DNA from: a virus
Length of the DNA stretch: 34,758 bases
IMG/VR virus record: IMGVR_UViG_3300045988_102610
Coordinates: 1 to 34,758 of that record
Direction: 5' to 3' (one strand)
Shown here: positions 1 through 6,774 of the stretch, piece by piece
How the letters are laid out: every line of letters starts with the position of its first letter
Position numbering within the stretch: position 1 is the stretch's first letter
Position numbers and translations under genes: made by a program
Notes under the pieces: model-generated
The model's database searches: none
What the model was told of the DNA's origin: nothing
Seen by the model: only the letters and a program-made list of their open reading frames with translations

Positions 1-21
1 GAAAAAATTTTGAAAAAAGGG

Positions 22-50
22 TTGACAAACTACGGGTAAAAGCGTATAAT
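22..50 (+). promoter_or_regulatory. Consensus sigmaA-type promoter, cassette copy A (TTGACA-17 nt-TATAAT); same site as 34669-34697
   Basis: TTGACA at 22-27, 17-nt spacer, TATAAT at 45-50, with an A/T-rich tract upstream. It drives the gene at 111-548. Confidence 0.75.
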
Positions 51-56
51 ATAGAC

Positions 57-81
57 ATAAGGTAAAGGAAACGAACCTTAT
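57..81 (+). promoter_or_regulatory. Leader stem-loop of cassette A (ATAAGGT / loop aaaggaaacga / ACCTTAT)
   Basis: Perfect 7-bp inverted repeat starting about 7 nt after the -10, at the predicted 5' end of the mRNA. Confidence 0.55.
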
Positions 82-110
82 AAATAATAATAATAAAAGA
101 GGTTTTCAAA

Positions 111-548
111 ATGAAAGAAACAATGATTATTGCAATGAACGAATTAATGAACAACAACTATCGTCATTTTAAAGAAGAAGTAAAGAAAAATTTCTTCTGG
201 GATGATATGAAAGATGTTGTCTTTGAAGTTGAAACTGGCTACGACAGATACAAAGATTGGGGTGGTCAAACTTTTAAAAGTTTTTATAGTGCTTACAAAT
301 ATGTTCAAAGAATATTTGCTGAAGCTACTAATGTAACTGCTGAGAAATATGAAACTTATGATGAATATGGTGACGACTATTACAAATACAAAGCTGAAGA
401 TTATGACGGTTACGAAGATGAAAGAGACGAAATCTATTGTCAAATCAATATGTTTTATGATGATGATGATGATAGAGAATATGCTGAAAATCTTTGTTGG
501 TTTGAAAAAATGGATGAAAATAAAATCCTTTTTAAAAATTGGCTATAA
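111..548 (+). CDS. Hypothetical, highly acidic Asp/Glu/Tyr-rich protein (145 aa); candidate DNA-mimic type moron
   Basis: ATG preceded by AAGAGG 8 nt upstream, with its own consensus promoter and terminator. Hand count gives 36 D/E versus 19 K/R, and there is a DDDDD run. No family recognised. Confidence 0.7.
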   Translation: MKETMIIAMNELMNNNYRHFKEEVKKNFFWDDMKDVVFEVETGYDRYKDWGGQTFKSFYSAYKYVQRIFAEATNVTAEKYETYDEYGDDYYKYKAEDYDGYEDERDEIYCQINMFYDDDDDREYAENLCWFEKMDENKILFKNWL

Positions 549-555
549 TAAAAAA

Positions 556-588
556 ACCGGGAAGCCTTCAAGACTTCCCGTTTTTTGC
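556..588. terminator. Bidirectional rho-independent terminator
   Basis: Stem CGGGAAG (558-564) pairs with CTTCCCG (574-580). An A-run lies upstream and a T6 run downstream. Confidence 0.75.
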
Positions 589-590
589 GT

Positions 591-607
591 TCCAATATGG
601 ATAGATT
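591..607 (+). repeat. 17-bp direct repeat copy 1 (tccaatatggatagatt)
   Basis: 16/17 identical to 826-842. Confidence 0.7.
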
Positions 608-825
608 AAAACAATTTCGTTAGATTCTATTCTTACAAAGTTACAAAAAGTTACAAAGATATGAACAAAAAAGAACAAATCAAAGTGAATATAATAAACG
701 AAAGTATAAAAAGTGAATAAAACAAACGAATATATATGCACGAAATTGTAAGTTTGTTATTACTATACACTAATAATTATTATTTGTCAATGACATAACA
801 ATTATTTAATATAGTAAATTTAAAA

Positions 826-842
826 TCCAATGTGGATAGATT
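826..842 (+). repeat. 17-bp direct repeat copy 2 (tccaatgtggatagatt)
   Basis: 16/17 identical to 591-607, 235 bp away, inside the non-coding AT-rich tract. Confidence 0.7.
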
Positions 843-1086
843 TTAAATACAGTTTCATAAAATAAAATTACAAAAATCATTAAATAACTAAATATAAAAG
901 ATTGAAACTGTAGCGCACTTATATAATATATCTTTTGTTTAAATTTGTCAATATAAAATCAAAATAAAAAAAGAGAAGTTAAAAAACTCCCCTTTTTTCG
1001 TTGCAATTTCCATTTTAGAATAGCTTTGCAGAACAATAAGCTACTATCAATATAAGCCATTTTTATATTTTTGTCAATAAAAAAGA

Positions 1087-1124
1087 ACCCGTAACAGTCA
1101 AAAAACTGCTACGGGTTTTATTTT
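1087..1124. terminator. Bidirectional rho-independent terminator (probable end of the late/lysis transcript)
   Basis: ACCCGTAACAG (1087-1097) pairs with CTGCTACGGGT (1106-1116), an 11-bp stem with one mismatch. T-runs follow on both strands. Confidence 0.75.
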
Positions 1125-1161
1125 GCACGAAAAATCTTGATTTTGTTTTAATTTTTAAAAA

Positions 1162-1270
1162 TGTTCAAAAGTTTTTTAAATTGTTCAAATTCTTTTGAAA
1201 TCTGTTCAATAATTTTCAAAATCGTTCGATTTTTGAACGATTTATTTCAAAATTTGAATGATTTTTTCAA
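1162..1270. repeat. Helically phased TT(C/G)AA / TGTTCAA repeat array
   Basis: TT(C/G)AA-type pentamers (one is TTCGA) start at 1164, 1184, 1195, 1205, 1215, 1225, 1233, 1246, 1254 and 1266, about 10 bp apart. TGTTCAA starts at 1162, 1182 and 1203, and CGTTCGA at 1223. Confidence 0.7.
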
Positions 1271-1274
1271 AAAA

Positions 1275-2252
1275 TTACTTAATTAAATAATATTTTGAAT
1301 TGCGGTACATATAATAATAACCTTTATATTTACCGCTTGTAATGTAACAAATAATTGTAAAACGTCGGTCTTTGTCAAGTTGCTTTTTGTAAGCAATTCG
1401 ACTGTTAATAACTCGTCTATATGTTGAGCCTTTACCGACTACGATTGTTCGATATTGTGATAAGCCTGACTTATTAATTCGAGTGTTAACCATATAGCCC
1501 GTTTTACCTTTGTATTTGACTTTGCTCCAACCGTCGCCGACGTCCTTAATAAATTCGATTGTGGCACCTTTCGGAATTTTGGCAATAACGGAACTAGTTT
1601 TGCCGATTTTGTCAATATATTTCTTGCTGTAAAGTGGACATTCTAATTTTGTTTTTACTGACTTTTTTGCTGACTTTGCAAAATTCTTGTAACAGTAATT
1701 GCCGTCGAATTCTTCACCGCCAATATTTAGTTTACTTGTAAATTGCCAAATATCGCAGTCAAAATCCTTATGGCTTGCATACTGAGCGAGCCAAATGCTG
1801 TATTTTGCTTTAAGCTGATTGTAATTAAGATAATTTCCAAACCAATCCGCGTTGGCATATACACCGACTTTGTAGCCTTTCGCTTTTAAGTAATCGCAAA
1901 AAATCGTTGCAATTTTGGTGCAAGTTGTCTTACCTAATTTGGCTTGTTTTGCTTCTTCCATATCAATGTAAATTGGTAATTCAAAAGACTTGTTTTTTAG
2001 CCACTGTGCGCAAACCTTAGCTTCTTTTTTGGCTTCCTCGATATTCATTGCATATGAATACAAATAAGCGCCTACAAGCATTTTGTGAGCCTTTGCGTTT
2101 TTGTAGTTGACTTCAAAAAATGGGTCTTTTTGGCTCGCTACCATTCCGTAACCGGCTTGAATAACAATGCCTTTGACGCCTTTATTTTTCAGCGCTGAGA
2201 AATTAACAACGCCGTTCCATCTGCTGACGTCAACCATTAGTGTTTTACTCAT
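1275..2252 (-). CDS. Endolysin: GH25 muramidase domain plus C-terminal SH3b-type cell-wall-binding region
   Basis: N-terminus DVSRWNG..GVKGIVIQAGYG..GAYLYSYA..PIYIDMEE is GH25-like. C-terminus GATIEFIKDVGDGWSKVKYKGKTGYMVN is SH3b-like. It is the last gene of the late operon. Confidence 0.9.
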   Translation of the reverse strand: MSKTLMVDVSRWNGVVNFSALKNKGVKGIVIQAGYGMVASQKDPFFEVNYKNAKAHKMLVGAYLYSYAMNIEEAKKEAKVCAQWLKNKSFELPIYIDMEEAKQAKLGKTTCTKIATIFCDYLKAKGYKVGVYANADWFGNYLNYNQLKAKYSIWLAQYASHKDFDCDIWQFTSKLNIGGEEFDGNYCYKNFAKSAKKSVKTKLECPLYSKKYIDKIGKTSSVIAKIPKGATIEFIKDVGDGWSKVKYKGKTGYMVNTRINKSGLSQYRTIVVGKGSTYRRVINSRIAYKKQLDKDRRFTIICYITSGKYKGYYYMYRNSKYYLIK

Positions 2253-2441
2253 TATTTTACCACCCTTTCATAAGTTTTCGCGAAAATATCAGGCTTGCAA
2301 GGGTATTTTTCACCTTGCACACCTGTAATAATATAATCGCCTTTTTCTGCTATCATATCGCCCTCAAGCGTATGTATAACAGTTCTTTTTTTCCGCCTTG
2401 TGCGCTTGAACAATTACGGGTTTTTTGACGTATTCAGCCAT
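2252..2441 (-). pseudogene. Small lysis-cassette gene broken by a +1 frameshift in an A7 run (T7 on + strand, 2386-2392)
   Basis: ATG at 2441 (TAATG overlap with the holin stop) reads [25 protein letters not shown] then stops. The +1 frame continues [43 protein letters not shown] and ends in a TAATG overlap with the endolysin ATG. The span is 190 nt, which is 63 codons plus 1 nt. Confidence 0.6.
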
Positions 2442-2638
2442 TATTCTTCCTCCTCAGGCAAACCCGCCACGCTTGTAAGTAGTGATAAGATACCCGCTAA
2501 CAGCGACGCTGAACCGACTGTAAGCCAATCAACCTCGCTCATAACAGCGCTAACACCGACCATAGCTACAGCAGTTTGCGCCACCGTTTTAATCGCGCGT
2601 ACGCCCGCAACTTTGAGCCATTTTGTCCAATTTCTCAT
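2441..2638 (-). CDS. Holin (phi LC3 / LL-H-like small holin)
   Basis: 65 aa with two hydrophobic segments and an acidic tail ending GLPEEEE. The WxxxxxRAIKTxAQTA pattern is present and the RBS is GAAAGGAAG. It lies upstream of the endolysin. Confidence 0.8.
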   Translation of the reverse strand: MRNWTKWLKVAGVRAIKTVAQTAVAMVGVSAVMSEVDWLTVGSASLLAGILSLLTSVAGLPEEEE

Positions 2639-2641
2639 TTT

Positions 2642-2884
2642 TTACTTCCTTTCTTCTTCTAAGTCGTTAATTCTGTGATTAGCGACTTTTATTTCTTCAT
2701 CAATCACGGATAGTCTTTCTTCGACTTTATAAGTCCGTTCGACTACTGTGTTGTGTTTATCAACCTTTTTTTCAAGTTCTTTTATTCTATAAGTTGTTAG
2801 CCTTGTGTTACAGATAATGCCGATAATTGAGCCAATACCCGAGCCGACTAAGCCGATAAGTGCAGTAATTACATCACTTGACAT
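2642..2884 (-). CDS. N-terminally membrane-anchored coiled-coil protein (XhlA-like lysis accessory)
   Basis: 80 aa with a Gly/Ile-rich TM segment followed by a heptad-like charged helix. It is the first gene of the lysis cassette. Confidence 0.5.
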   Translation of the reverse strand: MSSDVITALIGLVGSGIGSIIGIICNTRLTTYRIKELEKKVDKHNTVVERTYKVEERLSVIDEEIKVANHRINDLEEERK

Positions 2885-2890
2885 TTTATA

Positions 2891-5101
2891 TCACTCTCCA
2901 ATCGCTTTTGGCTCGAAATAAACGTGTCCTAACAAAAATTGATAGTCCGACACGTTTCCGCTTGGAACTCTTAATTTAACTTTGCCGTCTGTGCTAATAT
3001 ATATTTTCGCTGTTACACAATCCGCACCCGCAAGCGTCTTACTTAATGTACAAGCAAAAGTTTGATTTGTTAAAGGAAAATAAGGAGACTGAATATAGGC
3101 AATTTCGAGTAGATTGCTAGCACTAATTTGACTTGTAAATTGTAAGCAAAAATCATAATAACATAAGTTATTACGATACTGTAACTTGTTTAATGCTCCG
3201 TCAAAATCTGCTGTAACTTTGAGATTTAAAGTCGGATTAATTTGACTAATAGCGTCACAACCGTCAATATTAATAAAATGATTGTATCCGTTAAAACTAA
3301 TTTGGGCGTCACTAACTGAGCTTAGTACAGCTTTGAGATTCGGCGAATTGAAACTACAATTGTTACAACATATACGTCTTGCGTACGGTTGTATGCCTGT
3401 GCCAAATTTAAACACAACCGGAGTTGTTTCACTGTCATATAAATGATAGTTGTTGTAATACGTACACGCCACGAGTGATAAGTCGTAGCTTGTGCGCATT
3501 AAATAACCGACTTCATAAGTGTCACATTGACATTGAGTTAAAGAACCAAAGCCAGCAAAATGCTCAAAAAAGATTGAATTTGTTACTTTTCCAGTAAGCC
3601 AACCGTGAACCTTGTTATAAAAATTTGTTCCGCCGTTAAAAATACATTTTTGCATATCGACAATAACAATTTCATTAAAATGACAGTCGCTTGTTTGGTT
3701 GAAAATACCTCTACTATTCAAAGCGCAATTACCAATGATTGTACCGTTTTGACATATAAACGCACCGCCTTTTTGCACCCAAATGGCAACAGTTTGACAA
3801 TTTTTAATTAAGAAATTGTCAAGCGTAAACTTAAAAGAATAAATTAAATTAAGTCCGCCAGCTTTATTATTACAATCAAGAATTACATTTGTAAGTAACG
3901 TTTTTACGTCATTACGTATATTATTCTTGCCGTCGTACTTAATCATATAATCAATTGTCTTAATTGCTTTCAAAGTTGCCCAATTAAAATTGATTAAGCA
4001 AACATTTGTATTTGATAAATCGAGTGTATCGCTAATACAATAAGTTTTACCATTTTGACAAATTAATTGTTTCCCTGATTCAATACAAAAATTGATAGCA
4101 CTTTGTAAAGCAGTCGTATCGTCATAGATACCATTACCGACCGCCCCAAATTGTTCCGGAGTTACATAACTCAAATCGTGAGTTGTTAAAAATTCTGTTA
4201 TATTACTATAAGATTTCAAAAAATCAAATTCGTTCATAACAGAAATATTCGATATTGCAACACTAACGTTCGCAATATCAGGCAAATAAATTTCATACAG
4301 ATTTAAGGTTTCAGCAACATCCAACTTAGTTACAAATGTATGTTTATTTCCGTCAGTTATTGCACCAACTTTCCCTAAATCTGTGTAAGTTCCATCAATT
4401 TTAACACCCACATTAAAATCGTTAGTCGCAACATAATCAAAACTTAAATAATAGTTACCTAATTCATCACCTGACAAAACGTCTTTATCAAAAACCCATT
4501 TTGCGCGAACTGTGTTATTTGTTGATGTAGTAATTTTATATACACCCTTAAGAAATTCACCCTTATTTTCTTCATTTGTTGAAGAAAAATAGCCAATTTT
4601 TTCATTATTGATTTTTTCAATAAAATTATTTTTTGAAAACGAACTAATAATTTCGCTTGCATTTTCAATACTGCTTTTCAAGTTCAAAATTGAATTCATC
4701 AAAAATTCATTAACATTGATAAATTCTTCATCATCAGCATACACAACCTTTGTTGTGCTTTCCGTTGCGCCGGTTTCGATAACTCCGCTTGCGCGGTTAT
4801 TATCAACATAAATAGTTTTTAATGCTGTACAGCCCGCAAAAGTGCCACTTTGTACAGCAGTAACACTATTTGAGATAAAAGCTGTAACAATATCCTTTTG
4901 ACCTGTAAAAGTTCCCGCGCTGAAGCTTGTCGCGCGAGTTGAATATTTTAGTATTCCGTCAGCTGTAAAAGTAGCTGAATAACCAAACATTGTAGCGTCT
5001 GTCGCGTTCTTAATGCCCTCGTCCATATGATTAAGATTGTTTGCATTGATGGGCGTTGATGTGTTCGGGCTGTTCTGCCAATTAATTAAGTCGTACCCCA
5101 T
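2891..5101 (-). CDS. Tail fibre / tailspike with LRR segment and pectate-lyase-like beta-helix (putative depolymerase)
   Basis: N-terminus INWQNSPNTSTPINANNLNHMDEGI is a phage-fibre anchor motif. FTGQ..SGTFAGCTALKTIYV is a BspA-type LRR. YVTPEQFGAVGNGIYDDTTALQSAINF is a Pectate_lyase_3-type signature. Confidence 0.8.
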   Translation of the reverse strand: MGYDLINWQNSPNTSTPINANNLNHMDEGIKNATDATMFGYSATFTADGILKYSTRATSFSAGTFTGQKDIVTAFISNSVTAVQSGTFAGCTALKTIYVDNNRASGVIETGATESTTKVVYADDEEFINVNEFLMNSILNLKSSIENASEIISSFSKNNFIEKINNEKIGYFSSTNEENKGEFLKGVYKITTSTNNTVRAKWVFDKDVLSGDELGNYYLSFDYVATNDFNVGVKIDGTYTDLGKVGAITDGNKHTFVTKLDVAETLNLYEIYLPDIANVSVAISNISVMNEFDFLKSYSNITEFLTTHDLSYVTPEQFGAVGNGIYDDTTALQSAINFCIESGKQLICQNGKTYCISDTLDLSNTNVCLINFNWATLKAIKTIDYMIKYDGKNNIRNDVKTLLTNVILDCNNKAGGLNLIYSFKFTLDNFLIKNCQTVAIWVQKGGAFICQNGTIIGNCALNSRGIFNQTSDCHFNEIVIVDMQKCIFNGGTNFYNKVHGWLTGKVTNSIFFEHFAGFGSLTQCQCDTYEVGYLMRTSYDLSLVACTYYNNYHLYDSETTPVVFKFGTGIQPYARRICCNNCSFNSPNLKAVLSSVSDAQISFNGYNHFINIDGCDAISQINPTLNLKVTADFDGALNKLQYRNNLCYYDFCLQFTSQISASNLLEIAYIQSPYFPLTNQTFACTLSKTLAGADCVTAKIYISTDGKVKLRVPSGNVSDYQFLLGHVYFEPKAIGE

Positions 5102-6345
5102 TGTTTTTCTTCAACTCCTTGTCGTTCAGAACTGGTTGTGCTAGCTGTCACGGATAAACCCGCTGTGCCATTTATAGTTCGATTAAATATAGTTGTTGTA
5201 ATTTTTTTAATATCGTCTGCGCCTGTGTCAAGTGTAATCGTGTCGCCCGGTTCAAGCCACCACCGACCGAATAAATTTGCGTTAAATGGTCTAAAGTCAT
5301 AAAAAAGCCAACCACTCAGCAACGAGCCGTTCGGTCTAATTAAATTTGAAATAATAGTGTTTGTCTTGTTAAACGCCGTCAATTTGTTATCACTATCGTA
5401 ATAATTCTTTTTTTCTTTAGTCGCAGAAACATTTTTAATTTGTACATTTTGCGTTTTACCTTTGTTATACGGAAAACGTGCATTTGTAATACTTGCAACA
5501 GTATAACTTTCAAACGTTAAATCTGTGTAGTATTTAACCTCGTAAGGAACTAACTCCATACCCGCTTGCGGTAATCTTAGTATTTTAATCGTGCCGTTTC
5601 CTGTGCAGTACGCAAAATGTGCAGTAATTTCGCAATAGTTTTCTAGCAATTCTAACGCTGTTAATTTTCTATCACAAATATCCTCAACAAGTTGATAACT
5701 TAAATCTAAAGTGTAATTATCGTCACTACCGTATATACTCGTATCAAATGTTATTCCGTTAGATTCTAATATATCTACTAACGTTTCCTTTAAGTCTTTA
5801 ATTGTGATTTTTGGCGAATGATACGCCATACCATAGAACCAATTATAAACATTTATCTTGCTAACTTGATAAAGCTTATCGTAAGCAATAATTTCGCGAA
5901 CGTTTCTGTTCTGTTGTCGTTTACTGCTGTCGATTATGCCTGTAAAGATACACGCGCGAACCGGAACAAGCTTACACGGATACAAATTTGACGCGGGTGA
6001 ATCTACAATTTCCGTTTTTGGGTAGAGTGTATTTGATGGGTATAATTCATCAATATATTTTTGATAAATATACACTTTAATTTCGCGACCGTTTAACTCG
6101 TCGTCAACACCAAATACGCTAATGCTCAATTGTGACGATATGCACCCGCCAAATTTTAGAGTGCTATCATCACAAATAGAATTCGTTAATTCTAACGTAT
6201 CAAGCAAAATATTTTCACTCGTTAGCGTTTTGGTTTTTTTGTCGGTGAACTCAATTAATAAATCAATTGATACAGTATTATCAAGCAATTTTTGTTTTAT
6301 TGCTAAATCTTCCGTCGTATCATTGCTAAACATATACATATACAT
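5086..6345 (-). CDS. Tail-associated protein (Tal / prophage-tail hub-like)
   Basis: 419 aa, located after the Dit-like gene and before the fibre. The start may instead be ATG 6339 or 6333 (MYMYM). Confidence 0.55.
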   Translation of the reverse strand: MYMYMFSNDTTEDLAIKQKLLDNTVSIDLLIEFTDKKTKTLTSENILLDTLELTNSICDDSTLKFGGCISSQLSISVFGVDDELNGREIKVYIYQKYIDELYPSNTLYPKTEIVDSPASNLYPCKLVPVRACIFTGIIDSSKRQQNRNVREIIAYDKLYQVSKINVYNWFYGMAYHSPKITIKDLKETLVDILESNGITFDTSIYGSDDNYTLDLSYQLVEDICDRKLTALELLENYCEITAHFAYCTGNGTIKILRLPQAGMELVPYEVKYYTDLTFESYTVASITNARFPYNKGKTQNVQIKNVSATKEKKNYYDSDNKLTAFNKTNTIISNLIRPNGSLLSGWLFYDFRPFNANLFGRWWLEPGDTITLDTGADDIKKITTTIFNRTINGTAGLSVTASTTSSERQGVEEKQWGTT

Positions 6346-6353
6346 TCACCGCC

Positions 6354-6761
6354 TTAATATTCGATTAACTCAATCGTAATCGGATTATACTGAATATCTT
6401 TGCTTGTGCTGTCAACGTCCATTATTGTATATTCGACATCAGCAATATAAAAATAACCTGTTTTGTATGTGTTATCCTCGTCGTTCCAGTACGTCACCTT
6501 GCATTTACGTTGTGCAGAATTAACCATACCGGCATTAATTACGCTTTGCATTTTAATTTTTTCGTTCAAGCTTAAAATGTGAGTTGATAAATTAATGCTT
6601 GTCTTTGTACTGTTTAACGTCTTACGCTGTAAAGTACCTGTATTATCCCTATCAGCTGAACTTTCAAGGCGTTGATTTGGCGTTGAGGAGTACTCTAATA
6701 TGTAAGCATTAGGAAAAACCTTGTCGCCGAATTTCAATAAATATCCTTTGTAATTTGCCAT
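6354..6761 (-). CDS. Distal tail protein (Dit)-like, short form
   Basis: 135 aa, immediately downstream of the tape measure, with RBS GAAAGGGG. Called from position only. Confidence 0.45.
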   Translation of the reverse strand: MANYKGYLLKFGDKVFPNAYILEYSSTPNQRLESSADRDNTGTLQRKTLNSTKTSINLSTHILSLNEKIKMQSVINAGMVNSAQRKCKVTYWNDEDNTYKTGYFYIADVEYTIMDVDSTSKDIQYNPITIELIEY

Positions 6762-6774
6762 ATCAACACCCCTT

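Larger units (their letters stand above)
1..111. repeat. Terminal overlap copy 1 (identical to 34648-34758)
   Basis: By-eye alignment: gaaaaaattttgaaaaaagggttgacaaactacggg...gaggttttcaaaa is present at both window ends. Confidence 0.9.

Noticed and set aside
1-111. The 111-bp terminal direct repeats as attL/attR or LTR-like element ends
   Set aside because: Serine integrases leave only a 2-bp common core. The repeat is exactly at both window edges and no host sequence is present. An assembly overlap of a circular or permuted genome is the simplest reading.
661-720. 19-codon plus-strand ORF (MNKKEQIKVNIINESIKSE)
   Set aside because: It has no RBS and a low-complexity Lys/Asn/Ile composition expected from AT-rich sequence.
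815-890. 24-codon hydrophobic minus-strand ORF (MIFVILFYETVFKIYPHWILNLLY) in the AT-rich tract as a type I toxin
   Set aside because: There is no SD and no charged tail. Phe/Ile/Leu/Tyr-rich peptides arise by chance when DNA this AT-rich is translated. It is kept only as part of the general ncRNA question for 549-1274.
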